From NCBI GenBank assembly GCA_044376115.1, contig JBILLK010000004.1, positions 320,001-384,000 of the forward strand: a stretch of 64,000 nucleotides of DNA, in the 5' to 3' direction. A program made the translations under genes and the position numbers. The DNA comes from Polyangiaceae bacterium (GTDB lineage Bacteria > Myxococcota_A > Polyangia > Polyangiales > Polyangiaceae). The notes beneath the pieces were generated by a model, which saw only the letters and a list, made by a program, of their open reading frames with translations, did not search any database and was not told where the DNA came from. Positions 38,582 to 51,879 of the stretch are shown here, in pieces. How positions within the stretch are numbered: the stretch's first letter is position 1; each line of letters starts with the position of its first letter.

Positions 38582-39574
38582 TCAGCCTTGCGCCGACGTA
38601 CTCGCGAACAACTGCGCGACTGCGCCCGAAGCGGTGATCCGCCCCTCGAGCACCGCTGACTCCAGCTCTTGAATCGCAGCGCGATGGGCCGCCTCGAAAC
38701 TCGCGCTCAGCTTTTCGAGCAAGAGCACGCGAAAGAAGTGACGCCGCTCGTCGCGCTGCTTGCGCAAAAGCTCCCCCGAGCTCGTCAGCAGCTCTTGATG
38801 CGAAACCACCGAGTCCCACGTCTCCGCTACGCCCTCGCCGAGCGCGGCGCTCGCGAGCAGCACCCGCGGCAGAAAGCCTGCGGCACGAGGTCCAAAAAGC
38901 TTGAGCGCACTTCGAAGGTCGGCGGCCGTATTGCGAGCCCGCACCACGTTGTCCCCGTCGGCCTTGTTGACCACGACCAGATCGCAGAGCTCCATGATGC
39001 CGCGCTTCATTCCCTGCAGCTCGTCACCGCTGCCCGGGAGCGCCATCAACAAGAAGGTATCGACCATGCTGGCGACGTCGGTCTCCGACTGGCCGACCCC
39101 CACCGTCTCCACGATGATCAGGTCGAACCCGAAGGCCTCGCAAACCAGCACCGCCTCGCGTGTGCGCGCCGCCACGCCGCCGAGATGCGCGCCGGCCGAG
39201 GAAGGCCGCACGAACGCCCGTGGCTCGACCGCGAGCCGCGCCATGCGCGTCTTGTCGCCCAAGATCGAGCCGCCGGTCTTCTGACTCGACGGATCGATGG
39301 CGAGCACTGCCACCGTCAAGCCGAGCGAAAGCACGTGACTACCGAGCGCCTCGATGAAGGTGCTCTTACCGACGCCCGGCGGGCCGGTGATGCCCAGCCG
39401 AATCGCGGGCCGTTCGCGTTTGGCGCGCAGCGCAAGCACCTGCTCGAGCACGATCTCAGCCGCTGCGCGATCATCGGTGCGCACGCTCTCGAGCAGCGTG
39501 ATGATGCGCGACAAGGCCGAGCGCTCGCGCGCTGCAAGCCCACGCAGCGCCGCCTCGATCGAGAAGCGCGCCAC
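38582..39574 (-). CDS. meaB: Methylmalonyl-CoA mutase-associated GTPase MeaB
   Basis: GITGPPGVGKST, AIDPSS, GSILGDKTRM, ETVGVGQSE, GDELQGMKRGIME, NKAD. Confidence 0.96.
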   Translation of the reverse strand: MARFSIEAALRGLAARERSALSRIITLLESVRTDDRAAAEIVLEQVLALRAKRERPAIRLGITGPPGVGKSTFIEALGSHVLSLGLTVAVLAIDPSSQKTGGSILGDKTRMARLAVEPRAFVRPSSAGAHLGGVAARTREAVLVCEAFGFDLIIVETVGVGQSETDVASMVDTFLLMALPGSGDELQGMKRGIMELCDLVVVNKADGDNVVRARNTAADLRSALKLFGPRAAGFLPRVLLASAALGEGVAETWDSVVSHQELLTSSGELLRKQRDERRHFFRVLLLEKLSASFEAAHRAAIQELESAVLEGRITASGAVAQLFASTSAQG

Positions 39575-39577
39575 CGG

Positions 39578-42500
39578 CTACTCCGCGAGTCGCTTGAGGA
39601 TCACGCCGCAAAGACTCTCGGCCGCAAGCGGGATGTTGGTGCCCGGACCGAACACCAAACAGGCGCCGAGCGCATGCAAGGTGGGCACGTCATCGGGCGG
39701 AATCACGCCGCCGACCACCACCAAAATGTCGGCGCGCCCGAGCTCCGCGAGGGCCTTCACCAACGCTGGAACGAGCGTCAAATGCCCCGCCGCCAGCGAG
39801 CTCACCCCGACCACGTGCACGTCGTTGTCGATGGCTTGCCGCGCAGCCTCCTCCGGCGTCGAGAACAACGGCCCGATGTCGACGTCAAAGCCGAGATCGG
39901 CGAAGGCCGTAGCCACGATCTTCTGACCGCGGTCATGACCGTCTTGCCCCATCTTGGCCAAGAGGATGCGCGGCGCTCGACCATCGGCTTCCCGTACGCG
40001 AGCCACGGCTTCACGCGCCCGTACGAGCTCCGGCTCTTCACCCATCGAGCGAGCGTACACGCCGCTCACTCCGCGCGGGGTGGCCGCGTAACGACCGAAC
40101 ACCTCCGCCAGCGCCTCGCTCATCTCGCCCACGGTCGCGCCGGCCCGCGCAGCCTCCACGCTTTTGGCCAGCAGGTTCTCGCTCGAACGGGCGGCCGCGG
40201 TCAGCGCCGCGAGCGCAGCAGCGACGGCTGCGCTGTCCCGCCGGGCCTTCAGCTTGGCCAACCGCTCGAGCTGCGTTGCCCGCACCCGCTCGGTCTCCAC
40301 GCGCAGCACCGGCACCACGTCGGCGCGCTCCGGCTCGAAGCAATTGACCCCAACGATGCGACGCTTCTTGCCGTCGATCGCCGCTTGCGTGCGTGCCGAC
40401 GCTTCTTCGATGCGCAGCTTGGGCACGCCGGCCTCGATCGCCTTGACCATGCCGCCGTGCGACTCGATCTCTTGGATGTGCGCCCGCGCTTGCGTGAGCA
40501 GCTCTTCGGTCAAACGCTCCACGAGCTGCGAGCCACCCCACGGATCGATCGGTCGCGTGGTACCGGCCTCATGAATCAGAAGCAGCTGCGTGTTGCGCGC
40601 GATACGAGCGGAGTAGTCGGTGGGCAGCGCCAGCGCTTCATCGAGCGAGTTGGTGTGAAGCGATTGGGTGTGCCCGGCCGTGGCCGCCAAGGCCTCCACC
40701 GCGGTGCGCACCACGTTGTTGTAAACGTCCTTCGCCGCCAGCGACCAGCCGGACGTCTGACAGTGGGTGCGCAACATCGAGCTCTTCGGATTCTTCGGCG
40801 AAAAGGCTGCCATTTGCTCGGCCCACAACACGCGCGCGGCGCGCAGCTTGGCCACCTCAGTGAAGTAGTCCATGCCCATCGCGAAGAAGAAGGAGAGCCG
40901 CGGCGCGAAGTGATCGACATCGAGCCCAGCGGCAACGCCGGTCTTCACGTACTCGAGGCCGTCCAAGATCGTGTAGGCCAGCTCCAGGTCCGCCGTCGCC
41001 CCGGCCTCTTGCATGTGATAGCCGGAGATCGAGATGCTGTTGAACTTGGGCATCTCCTTCGCCGTGTAGGCGAGGATATCGCCCACGATGCGCATCGAGG
41101 GCGCCGGCGGATAGATGTACGTATTGCGCACCATGAACTCTTTCAGGATGTCGTTCTGAATCGTTCCGGAGAGCGCACGCGCTGGTGTTCCCTGCTCTTC
41201 GGCGGCGACGACGAACAGCGCCATGATCGGCAAGACAGCGCCGTTCATCGTCATCGAGACGCTCATCTCGGAGAGCGGGATGCCCTCGAACAAGATGCGC
41301 ATGTCCTCGATCGAGTCGATCGCCACGCCGGCCATGCCGACGTCGCCGGTCACCCGCGGATGGTCGGAGTCGTAGCCGCGGTGGGTCGCTAGATCGAAGG
41401 CGACGCTAAGGCCCTTCTGCCCGCCCGCGAGGTTCTTTCGGTAGAAGGCGTTGCTCTCTTCGGCGGTGGAGAAGCCCGCGTATTGCCGCACCGTCCACGG
41501 ATTTTCGACGTACATGGTGGCATACGGTCCGCGTCGAAACGGCGCAAATCCAGGGAAGCCGGCGTCGAACGAGGAGCCCACTGGAGCGGGCGGCAGCGCG
41601 ATCTCGTCGAAGCCGCGCGTTGCAAACTCTGAAGCCGCGCCGTCACTCAGCACCGCGCTGGCGGACTCTGCCGGCGTTGCTTCAGACGCAGCCGGGCTGC
41701 CCTCCCCTGCGCCCAAGGCGTTAAGCAAGGCGCCGACCAACGCAACAGCGTCGCTGGTCCCGAGATGGACGAAGTGGACCTGCTTCCCGAGCGCCGTAAC
41801 GAGCGCTTGAACGTGCTCGTTGGGCTTGCCGGCGACCAGCACCTGCTTCGCATCGCCCAGCGCCGCCGCAGCGGCCTCGGCCGTGAGCGTCGCGTACGTC
41901 TCATCACTGCCGACGAGCACGGCCACGGCGGAGGGCGACTCTCCCAGCGTAAAGCCGAAGGACTCGAGGAAGCGTCGGATGAAGGTCTCGCGTGCGGCCA
42001 GCGGGCCGCGTTCACCGAGCACCGCCAGCCGAAGCACGCGGTCGCTCTCGAGCCCGAGCACCCGCGCTCGCATCGCCTCGAACGCCGAGGCCAGCTGCTG
42101 ATCGAACTGCTCGCCAGCAAAACGAAGCTGAGCGCCCACTGCCGGGAGCTCGCCCGGGGCAACGAAGTCGTTGATACCGACAAGCACCGTCTTGCGCGCA
42201 CGCACGCGGCTCGCAGCGCGCTCGGCGGTTTGGCGGAGTTCGCTCGCAAAGGCTTTACGCGCAGCGGCCGAACAAACACCGCCAGCGGCCTCCAAAGCCT
42301 GCATCCCTTCCCAACCGCGCCGCGCGATCTGGTTGGTGAGCGCCTCCAGCGCATATGCGCCAGCCGCTGGGTCATCCACCTGCATCAAATGCGCTTCATC
42401 TCGCAGCACGAGGCCGGTGTTACGCGCGAGCCGCAGCGGGTCTCCCGCCGCTTGACCACGGTGAGCGATGGCGTCGTGCGGGCGGGCGACGAGCACCTCC

Positions 42501-43366
42501 ACTCCGGCGCAACAAAGCCCGAACGCCTCCACCGAGGTGCGGATCATGTTGGCGTCGAGATCGCTGCCCATGCGACGCGCGCTGGTGAAACCGATCCACA
42601 GCGGACGAGCTTGCGCCCCCGTGAGGCCGAAGGAGGCGGCGAGCTTGGCCACGCCCAACTTCAGCGCACGCACGAAGGCGATGCTGAGGCCCCAATCGGT
42701 GGAACCCTCGAGCACGACGCCGACGCGAGCGAGATCCTTGAGCTGGCCGGTCTGAAGCAGCGCCAGCAGGCTGCTGAGCGTCCAGGCGACGCCCTGGGAG
42801 AACGACCCGCCCGCGGCGATCACCCGCCCGGGCCAAAGCGCGACGTTGGGCAGCGGTGCTTCTCCAACCGACGGTGTCGCGAGGGCGCGGACTAGCCGCT
42901 CCTTCAGCGCACCGGCCTCACAGTGGGCCGCCTCCAGCTCGAGCACGTCAGCGAGCAGCCCGACGTTGAAGCCGCGCTCGCGCAGCGACGCAGCCAGCGC
43001 TTCACGCGCCTCGAGCTGCGCACCGGAGCTGGGTGCGAGCAACACCGGACACGGCGCTGCGAGCTGCGCCGCCGCACCCACCGACTCATCCAAATAGAGC
43101 AAATCCGCGCCGCCGCGCACGGCTGCGTCAGCCGCACCTAGCTCGTGCGCACGCAACCACTGCCCAACTAGCAACGGCCTTCGCTCGCTTACTTCCGGCG
43201 GCAAAAGCCCGCGCACTCGCTCGCCATCGGCAGCGCTGTACACAGGCTCGATGGGACCGTCGGCGTGCACCTTGTCGGTGAGCGCCTCAATCGGTCGACC
43301 TTTCAACGTGAGCGCTGCTGCCTGCTCCCACGCGCTGCGTGAAGCCAACGGAAACCCTGAGGTCAT
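39578..43366 (-). CDS. scpA: Methylmalonyl-CoA mutase, fused degenerate small (beta) subunit + catalytic large subunit
   Basis: C-terminal half: RGPYATMY...[34 protein letters not shown]12 motif GQDGHDRG. N-terminal ~540 aa: W...A...LKG, NMIRTS.EA, RLARN..LVL.DEAH...[19 protein letters not shown]. Confidence 0.9.
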   Translation of the reverse strand: MTSGFPLASRSAWEQAAALTLKGRPIEALTDKVHADGPIEPVYSAADGERVRGLLPPEVSERRPLLVGQWLRAHELGAADAAVRGGADLLYLDESVGAAAQLAAPCPVLLAPSSGAQLEAREALAASLRERGFNVGLLADVLELEAAHCEAGALKERLVRALATPSVGEAPLPNVALWPGRVIAAGGSFSQGVAWTLSSLLALLQTGQLKDLARVGVVLEGSTDWGLSIAFVRALKLGVAKLAASFGLTGAQARPLWIGFTSARRMGSDLDANMIRTSVEAFGLCCAGVEVLVARPHDAIAHRGQAAGDPLRLARNTGLVLRDEAHLMQVDDPAAGAYALEALTNQIARRGWEGMQALEAAGGVCSAAARKAFASELRQTAERAASRVRARKTVLVGINDFVAPGELPAVGAQLRFAGEQFDQQLASAFEAMRARVLGLESDRVLRLAVLGERGPLAARETFIRRFLESFGFTLGESPSAVAVLVGSDETYATLTAEAAAAALGDAKQVLVAGKPNEHVQALVTALGKQVHFVHLGTSDAVALVGALLNALGAGEGSPAASEATPAESASAVLSDGAASEFATRGFDEIALPPAPVGSSFDAGFPGFAPFRRGPYATMYVENPWTVRQYAGFSTAEESNAFYRKNLAGGQKGLSVAFDLATHRGYDSDHPRVTGDVGMAGVAIDSIEDMRILFEGIPLSEMSVSMTMNGAVLPIMALFVVAAEEQGTPARALSGTIQNDILKEFMVRNTYIYPPAPSMRIVGDILAYTAKEMPKFNSISISGYHMQEAGATADLELAYTILDGLEYVKTGVAAGLDVDHFAPRLSFFFAMGMDYFTEVAKLRAARVLWAEQMAAFSPKNPKSSMLRTHCQTSGWSLAAKDVYNNVVRTAVEALAATAGHTQSLHTNSLDEALALPTDYSARIARNTQLLLIHEAGTTRPIDPWGGSQLVERLTEELLTQARAHIQEIESHGGMVKAIEAGVPKLRIEEASARTQAAIDGKKRRIVGVNCFEPERADVVPVLRVETERVRATQLERLAKLKARRDSAAVAAALAALTAAARSSENLLAKSVEAARAGATVGEMSEALAEVFGRYAATPRGVSGVYARSMGEEPELVRAREAVARVREADGRAPRILLAKMGQDGHDRGQKIVATAFADLGFDVDIGPLFSTPEEAARQAIDNDVHVVGVSSLAAGHLTLVPALVKALAELGRADILVVVGGVIPPDDVPTLHALGACLVFGPGTNIPLAAESLCGVILKRLAE

Positions 43367-43404
43367 GCGCGACTGTTACCGCACTTCCCGCAGGGCGTGG
43401 AGTC

Positions 43405-46400
43405 TCACATGTTGCGTCGGTATTGGCCGCCAACCTGATACAGGCGGCTGGAGATTTGCCCGAGCGTGGCGACCTTGCTGACCTCCATCAACGCCTCGAA
43501 CAAGTTGCCGTTCTCCATCGCCGTGCGCTCCAGCGCATCGAGCGCCGGCCCGGTGCGACCTTCATTGCGCTTACGGAAGGCGTCGCGAGCCTCGATCGCC
43601 ATCTCGCGCTCCTCACGCGTCGAGCGGATGACCTCCTTGGGCAGGATCGTCGGTGAGCCCTCGGAGGAGAGGAAGGTGTTCACGCCGATGATCGGTAGCT
43701 CGCCGGTGTGCTTCTTGGTCTCGTACAAGAGCGACTCCTCTTGGATCTTGGTGCGCTGATACATGCGCTCCATCGCCCCGAGTACGCCGCCGCGCTCATT
43801 GATCGAGCGGAACTCGTGCAAGACGGCCTGCTCCACCAACTGCGTCAGCTCATCGATGATGAAGGAGCCCTGCAGTGGGTTCTCGTTGCGCGAGAGCCCG
43901 AGTTCCTCGTTGATCACCAGCTGAATCGCCAAGGCGCGACGCACGCTCTCCTCGGTCGGGGTGGTGATGGCCTCGTCGTAGGCGTTGGTGTGGAGCGAGT
44001 TGCAGTTGTCGTAGATGGCGTACAGCGCTTGCAACGTCGTGCGGATGTCGTTGAAGGCGATTTCCTGGGCGTGCAGGCTGCGACCGGAAGTTTGGATGTG
44101 GTACTTGAGCTTCTGCGAACGCTCGTTGGCGCCATATTTGTTGCGCATCGCCTTGGCCCACAAACGCCGGGCAACGCGGCCGATCACCGAGTACTCCGGG
44201 TCCAGCCCGTTGGAGAAGAAGAAGGAGAGGTTCGGCGCGAAGTCGTCGATGTTCATCCCGCGCGCGAGGTAGTACTCGACGTAGGTGAAGCCGTTGGCCA
44301 GCGTGAAGGCCAGCTGGGTGATCGGGTTCGCCCCGGCCTCGGCAATGTGATAGCCGCTGATCGACACCGAGTAGAAATTCCGCACCTGCTTGCGGATGAA
44401 GTAGTCCTGAATGTCGCCCATCATGCGCAGGGCAAATTCGGTGGAGAAGATGCAGGTGTTCTGCGCCTGATCTTCCTTCAGAATGTCGGCTTGGACGGTG
44501 CCACGCACGCGCGAGAGCGTGTCCTTCTTGATCGCTTCGTATTCGTCGCGGGTGAGTACGTCCTCTCCCGAGACGCCGAGCAGCAAGAGCCCGAGACCGT
44601 CATTGCCCTCCGGGAGGGAGCCGCGATAACGCGGACGCTCGAGCCCGCGATCGCGGTAGTGCGTCTCGATCGTGTCGGTCACCTGAGCGACGCGGCCTTG
44701 AGCGCGAATGTGCTTTTCGCACGCTTGATCGATGGCGGCGTTCATGAAGAAGGCCAACAACATCGGCGCCGGGCCGTTGATGGTCATCGACACGCTGGTC
44801 GAAGGATCGGCCAAATCGAAGCCCGAATAGAGCTTCTTGGCGTCGTCGACGTTGGCGATCGAAACGCCGCTGTTACCGATCTTGCCGAAGATGTCAGGCC
44901 GGTGATCCGGATCTTCACCGTAGAGCGTCACCGAGTCGAAGGCGGTGGAGAGCCGCTTGGCGGCCATCCCGCGCGAGACGTAGTGGAAGCGCTTGTTGGT
45001 GCGCTCGGCTCCGCCCTCCCCTGCGAACATGCGCGCCGGATCCTCGCCGTCACGCTTGAGCGGAAACACGCCCGCGGCGAACGGGAACGAGCCGGGCACG
45101 TTCTCGGTCATCAGCCACTCGAGCAAATCGCCCCAATCGGTGAAGGAAGGCAAAGCGACCTTGCGCACCTTGGTGCCGGATAGCGAGCTCCAGGTGAGCG
45201 GCAGCTCGATCGTCCGGCCGCGTACGTCGTAGCGGAAGACGTCGCCCGAAAGCCGCGCGCGCTCCTCTGGAAAACGACGCAGTAGCTTCTTGGCCTCGGT
45301 GGTCATCGCGTCCACCTCACGGTGATAACGCTCCACGAGCTCACGCACCGAGGGGCTGTCCCCCGGAAGATCCAGCACCTCGGGGATCAGCACGCTGGCG
45401 TCTTCCTTCACCCCGCGTAGCAAGTTGATGGTGCCGTACAAGCGATAGGCCGCACGCGCATGCGCCGCGTCGGTCTTCACGCCCTTGTCATAGCGATCCG
45501 ACGTCTCGGCGATCTCGGCCAAGTAGCGCACGCGATCCGCGGGCAAAACCGAGAGCGTGCGTTCGCGTTGGGTGTCGAGCGCGAGGCTTGATTCGAACGG
45601 CCCACCCGCTTTCCGCAGCCGATCGCAGATCGCGAGGTAGAGCGAGTTCATGCCGGCGTCGTTGAACTGCGAGGCGATGGTGCCGAACACCGGCACCTGG
45701 TCATCGGGAAGCGTGAAGGCCTCACGGCTGCGCTTCCACTGCTTCTTTACGTCGCGCAATGCATCCAGGCTGCCGCGCTTCTCGAACTTGTTGATGGCGA
45801 CCAAGTGCGCGTAGTCCAGCATGTCGATCTTCTCGAGCTGGGTGGCAGCGCCGTATTCGCTGGTCATCACGTACAACGAGACATCGCAGTGCTCGACGAT
45901 CTCAGTGTCGCTCTGACCGATGCCGCTGGTCTCGACGATCACCAGGTCGAAGCCGGCCGCCTTGCAGATGGCCACTGCGTCTTTGGCGTGACGACTCATC
46001 GCCACGTTCTCACGGCGGGTGGCGAGCGAACGCATGTACACGCGCGCGTTGTCGATCGCGTTCATGCGGATGCGGTCCCCCAAGAGGCCGCCGCCCGACT
46101 TCTTCTTGGTTGGATCGATCGACACGATGGCCACGCGCTTGTCCGAAAAATCACGCAAGAAGCGCAGCACCAGCTCGTCGATCAGGGAGCTCTTGCCCGA
46201 GCCGCCGGTGCCGGTCACGCCCAACACCGGCACCACTTTGTCCCCCTTGGGCAGCAGCGCGGCCAGCGTCTCCCCGACCTGCGGGACGTTCTCGACCAAG
46301 GAGATCAAACGGCCGATCGCCCGGTGTTTGCTGCTCGCGTTAGCGTTCGCCAGATCGGCGATCTCGCTGCTGACCGTCTTGACCGTCGGGAAGTCACAGC

Positions 46401-46818
46401 GCTCGAGCAAGTCGCGGATCATGCCCACGAGGCCCATGCTGCGGCCGTCATCCGGCGAGTAGATGCGCGTGATGCCGTAGGCGTGCAGCTCGGCGATTTC
46501 AGCGGGCAGGATGGTACCGCCGCCACCGCCGAACACCTTGATGTTGGCGCCGCGCTCCTTCAGCAAATCGTGGATGTACTTGAAGTACTCGACGTGGCCG
46601 CCCTGATAGCTGGTGACCGCGATGCCTTGGACGTCCTCCTCGATCGCGCACTCGACAATCTCTTGCGCCGAACGGTTGTGACCGAGGTGGATGACCTCGG
46701 CCCCGTTGGCCTGCAAGATGCGACGCATGATGTTGATCGCCGCGTCATGGCCATCAAAGAGCGAGGCTGCCGTGACGATACGAACTGCGTTCTTTAGGCG
46801 AAAGCTTTCCTCGGACAT
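43405..46818 (-). CDS. icmF: Fused isobutyryl-CoA mutase / MeaI GTPase IcmF
   Basis: N-terminal B12 domain [13 protein letters not shown]; GTPase [10 protein letters not shown]; mutase PARMFAGEG (Phe specificity residue), [20 protein letters not shown]. Confidence 0.95.
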   Translation of the reverse strand: MSEESFRLKNAVRIVTAASLFDGHDAAINIMRRILQANGAEVIHLGHNRSAQEIVECAIEEDVQGIAVTSYQGGHVEYFKYIHDLLKERGANIKVFGGGGGTILPAEIAELHAYGITRIYSPDDGRSMGLVGMIRDLLERCDFPTVKTVSSEIADLANANASSKHRAIGRLISLVENVPQVGETLAALLPKGDKVVPVLGVTGTGGSGKSSLIDELVLRFLRDFSDKRVAIVSIDPTKKKSGGGLLGDRIRMNAIDNARVYMRSLATRRENVAMSRHAKDAVAICKAAGFDLVIVETSGIGQSDTEIVEHCDVSLYVMTSEYGAATQLEKIDMLDYAHLVAINKFEKRGSLDALRDVKKQWKRSREAFTLPDDQVPVFGTIASQFNDAGMNSLYLAICDRLRKAGGPFESSLALDTQRERTLSVLPADRVRYLAEIAETSDRYDKGVKTDAAHARAAYRLYGTINLLRGVKEDASVLIPEVLDLPGDSPSVRELVERYHREVDAMTTEAKKLLRRFPEERARLSGDVFRYDVRGRTIELPLTWSSLSGTKVRKVALPSFTDWGDLLEWLMTENVPGSFPFAAGVFPLKRDGEDPARMFAGEGGAERTNKRFHYVSRGMAAKRLSTAFDSVTLYGEDPDHRPDIFGKIGNSGVSIANVDDAKKLYSGFDLADPSTSVSMTINGPAPMLLAFFMNAAIDQACEKHIRAQGRVAQVTDTIETHYRDRGLERPRYRGSLPEGNDGLGLLLLGVSGEDVLTRDEYEAIKKDTLSRVRGTVQADILKEDQAQNTCIFSTEFALRMMGDIQDYFIRKQVRNFYSVSISGYHIAEAGANPITQLAFTLANGFTYVEYYLARGMNIDDFAPNLSFFFSNGLDPEYSVIGRVARRLWAKAMRNKYGANERSQKLKYHIQTSGRSLHAQEIAFNDIRTTLQALYAIYDNCNSLHTNAYDEAITTPTEESVRRALAIQLVINEELGLSRNENPLQGSFIIDELTQLVEQAVLHEFRSINERGGVLGAMERMYQRTKIQEESLLYETKKHTGELPIIGVNTFLSSEGSPTILPKEVIRSTREEREMAIEARDAFRKRNEGRTGPALDALERTAMENGNLFEALMEVSKVATLGQISSRLYQVGGQYRRNM

Positions 46819-46856
46819 TCGCTCGCTGACTTAACACTTCCGGCTGCGGGTTCTAA

Positions 46857-48914
<2,058 letters not shown>

Positions 48915-48956
48915 AGAGCGCCAGGCCTACCGCTCAAGAAGAAAATCTTTGGGCCG

Positions 48957-48983
48957 TGTCGATCCGCGGCCTCCTGCTTCGTC
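48957..48983 (+). promoter_or_regulatory. ECF sigma factor (ECF42-type) promoter
   Basis: TGTCGA (48957-48962)-N17-CGTC (48980-48983) upstream of DoxX and YciI/DGPF genes; matches the ECF42 target motif as recalled. Confidence 0.6.
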
Positions 48984-49034
48984 GCCCTGCCGAAACCAGG
49001 ACTTGGGCACACTGGCCCTCAAGCAGGAAAGGTA

Positions 49035-49493
49035 ATGACCACGCGTATGCCGTAACTCGAACAATCGCCCACTACTTTGACCCGGTCGAGCGCACCGGGC
49101 TCCGGACAGCTCTGGGCTGGCCGCGTTCTCAGCGGGGTTCCCACGCTATTTCTGCTCATGGACGGGGGCATGAAGCTGGTCAAGCCGGCGCCGGTCGTGG
49201 AAGCCACGGTGCAGCTTGGTTATCCCGAATCGAGCATTGTTGGCTTGGGTGTGGTCCTGCTCGTCAGCACCGTGCTGTACGTGATACCGCGCACCGCCTT
49301 GCTCGGTGGGCTGCTCCTCACCGGCTACCTCGGCGGCGCCGTTGCAACCCACGTTCGTGTTTCCGCCCCGCTTTTCAACGCGATCTTCCCGGCTCTCCTC
49401 GGCGCCCTGCTTTGGGGCGGCCTGTGGCTACGCGACAGTCGGGTGCGAGAGCTGTTACCGCTTCGAGCTACGAAAGAAGGAGTCGAGCAATGA
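49035..49493 (+). CDS. DoxX-family membrane protein; in-frame TAA at codon 7, alternative TTG start at 49077
   Basis: GRVLS...LFLLMDG.MKL, LGYP, LY.IPRTA.LG.LLLTGYLGGAVATHVR, LWGGLWLRD. RBS AGGAAAGG precedes ATG 49035; TAA at 49053-49055. Confidence 0.82.
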
Positions 49494-49654
49494 GAGTCAT
49501 GGTCATCGTCAAGGCGACGAAGAACTCTGAAGCGGGCGTGATGCCGAGCGAGGAACTGCTCACCGCGATGGGCAAGTACAACGAAGAGCTGGTCAAGGCG
49601 GGCGTGATGCTCGGCGGCGACGGCCTCCACCCGAGCGCCAAAGGCCAGCGTGTG
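49490..49654 (+). pseudogene. YciI/DGPF-family protein, 3'-truncated
   Basis: MRVMVIVKATKNSEAGVMPSEELLTAMGKYNEELVKAGVMLGGDGLHPSAKGQRV, then similarity ends; the DGPF.E.KE motif is missing. Confidence 0.8.
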
Positions 49655-50480
49655 TGCCTGCGCTCGCCGGGTTTGGAAGACGTTACCAGTCGCCTTGCTG
49701 TTGGAGCTGGGCTGTCAGGTGCAGGTCCGCAACAAGGAGGGGTCAACGCCGCTTCACTGCGCCGCAGACGGGAAGAACCTCGAGGCTGTGCGTACGCTGC
49801 TCGCGCACGGGGTCGAGTGCAATGCCCTCGACCAGAACCAACACACCCCGCTCGAATACGCGCTCTTGCGCGCCTCGAACGTCGACCTCCCAAGGCTTGC
49901 GCCGATCGCCGAGGCGCTGGTGCAAGCGGGAGCTACCGTCTCGAGCAAGGCGCAGGATTCAGTCCGCAGGCTCGCTACGACCTTCGACTTTCACCGCGCC
50001 AAGCTCGACGCTGAGTTGCTCAAGGCGGGCTCTTCAGCCCTCGACTCGTTGTGCGGGTTGCTCTCGGTCGAGAAGCCGGCGCCACGTCGGCTCCACGTCG
50101 GCAGCGAGGCCATCACGGTCAACGCCAGCACCTGGCAGAAGCAACACGCCGAGCTGTGGCAGCTGCTCGTCCCCTCGTCCGGCCCGGCGAAGACCGTCCA
50201 AGGCGAGGTCATTCGCATCAGCGGCCGGATCGGCGACGAGCTGCACCGCAACGGCGGTTGCAACTGGGACACACACTACGGCGCGATGGCCGAGGCGCTG
50301 CTCGGCCATGTGCAGACGCAGGCTGCGCTGACCGAGCAGGAGCTTCACGAGCTGCGCGCCGCGGTGAAGACGCTGCATCGTGAGGACGCAGCAAGCGCGA
50401 CGACGGCGCGGCTTGCGGTGGCATGGGTGCTGAAGAACCCGACGCCTGTGACGCTGAGCAAACCCGCGTACAAACGCTGA
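49650..50480 (+). CDS. Ankyrin-repeat protein, probably 5'-truncated
   Basis: LLLELG...RNKEGSTPLHCAA, LLAHG...LDQNQHTPLEYAL; C-terminal LVPSSGPAKTVQGEVIRISGRI.DE..RNGG.NWD; begins mid-repeat. Confidence 0.75.
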   Translation: MCACARRVWKTLPVALLLELGCQVQVRNKEGSTPLHCAADGKNLEAVRTLLAHGVECNALDQNQHTPLEYALLRASNVDLPRLAPIAEALVQAGATVSSKAQDSVRRLATTFDFHRAKLDAELLKAGSSALDSLCGLLSVEKPAPRRLHVGSEAITVNASTWQKQHAELWQLLVPSSGPAKTVQGEVIRISGRIGDELHRNGGCNWDTHYGAMAEALLGHVQTQAALTEQELHELRAAVKTLHREDAASATTARLAVAWVLKNPTPVTLSKPAYKR

Positions 50481-50489
50481 GCGCCGTTC

Positions 50490-51812
50490 TCATTTCGGTA
50501 GCTCGTCGGAGGGGGCTGGGAGCGCTCCGGCCGCCTCGACCGACTCGCCTTCCGCAGCGCGAATTCGACTCGGACCGAACCACTCGTCGTAGGCCTCGGA
50601 CCAACCGTCGTAGCTGCAAAGATGCAGCGACTCGAAGCGACCCTTCACCCGCGCCGGGTACCACTTCTTGGAGCTCGATTTGACCATCACCGCGGCGCCA
50701 TCCTCGTATTGCGCTGGTCGGAAGGGGCGGGTTCGTTCAAGCGAGACCCATTCATCCGACTCGGTCTTGAGGTTGGCGGTGTAGTGGACCTTCAGCTCTG
50801 TGCCGCGGGCCTCGATCACCTCGGCAGCGTAGAAGCTCCCGCGTTCGGAGCTTCCCTTCGGCGGCGCCGGCCACTCCACCTCGAGCCGCTCACCAACCCG
50901 CGGGTGGCTTTTGCGGGCGGCCTTGGCCAAAGCAAAAGCCGGTGAAAGCCCCGGGCTGATCAAGGAGATGGAGCGCCCCTCGGCGATGAAGGCCATGTGA
51001 CGGCTGGCGTAACGCGCGAGGTCGGAGAGCGAGACCGCGCCGTCGGCGTCTTCATCGACCACCGGGTTGCCGGAGAACGCCCGAATTAGTAAATCGACGA
51101 AGCGCCAGCCGCTCCAGGCCACCTGGTGTGCACCGGTCGAACTGACGGCGCCGTACGCAAAGCCCTGGCCGCTGCGCCGCTTCACACTTTGCTCCGCCTT
51201 CTCGACGAAGCCGCCGGAGTAGCAGGTGTCCGAAAACAGCAGCACGTTGGCGCCGCGAAAGCTGCTCTCCAGCGGCGCAAGAATCGTCTCCACCGGCAAG
51301 TGGCCGTCAAACGAGGAGAAGCCGTGCGCGTCGGTCTTGGCCTTGTAGGAGCCGTGCGAACCGACATAGATGAGCAGCGTCTCATCCGGCTTGGACTGAG
51401 CGAGCGCCGCTGCAAGCTGTGTTTGAATGGCCTCGCTCGTGGCCGCTTGGTCGGCGAGGTGAACCAGCTGCTCACGAGGGACACCGCGCGTACGCAAGAG
51501 CTCGACGAAGGCTGGATCATTGCGCTCGCTGATCGACCAGGTGGATTGGCCCTCCGGCTCGCCTTGGAAGCGCCCGAGACAAACCACGAAGGCGCGCGTT
51601 TTTTCGGGCAGCCAAACGCTGGCGGCTTGCTTCGCCGAGGATCGCTGGTTTTCCTCGTCGCGGTGGGGAGAGACCGCTGCTCCCGGACCAAGCGGGCTGG
51701 CTTTGCCTTCACAGCCGAATAGCGCTGCGCTCGTCGCTGACAAACCCAACGAAAGCGTGGCTCTGCGAGAGATAGTCACAGCTGTAGCGTCGTTCGCCTT
51801 GGTCCCCATCAC
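50490..51812 (-). CDS. Caspase-like (clan CD) cysteine protease with two C-terminal Tudor/Agenet-like domains; Tat lipoprotein
   Basis: SRRATL twin-Arg, LFGC lipobox; YVGSHG and FSDTCYSG His/Cys dyad; EVEW...FYAAEVI...KVHY...DEWV and KWYPARV...SYDGWSEAYDEW. Confidence 0.78.
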   Translation of the reverse strand: MMGTKANDATAVTISRRATLSLGLSATSAALFGCEGKASPLGPGAAVSPHRDEENQRSSAKQAASVWLPEKTRAFVVCLGRFQGEPEGQSTWSISERNDPAFVELLRTRGVPREQLVHLADQAATSEAIQTQLAAALAQSKPDETLLIYVGSHGSYKAKTDAHGFSSFDGHLPVETILAPLESSFRGANVLLFSDTCYSGGFVEKAEQSVKRRSGQGFAYGAVSSTGAHQVAWSGWRFVDLLIRAFSGNPVVDEDADGAVSLSDLARYASRHMAFIAEGRSISLISPGLSPAFALAKAARKSHPRVGERLEVEWPAPPKGSSERGSFYAAEVIEARGTELKVHYTANLKTESDEWVSLERTRPFRPAQYEDGAAVMVKSSSKKWYPARVKGRFESLHLCSYDGWSEAYDEWFGPSRIRAAEGESVEAAGALPAPSDELPK

Positions 51813-51879
51813 AATAGCAGCGGGATTTCAGCGCAAGGCCGTTAGACTCACCAGCAACCTTTTCCCCTGGAGACCCTTC

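Noticed and set aside
38669..45183. Long plus-strand ORFs (907 aa at 38669, 376 aa at 41765, 491 aa at 43708)
   Set aside because: Antisense shadows of meaB, the MCM fusion and icmF, expected with GC-rich codon bias; no motifs.
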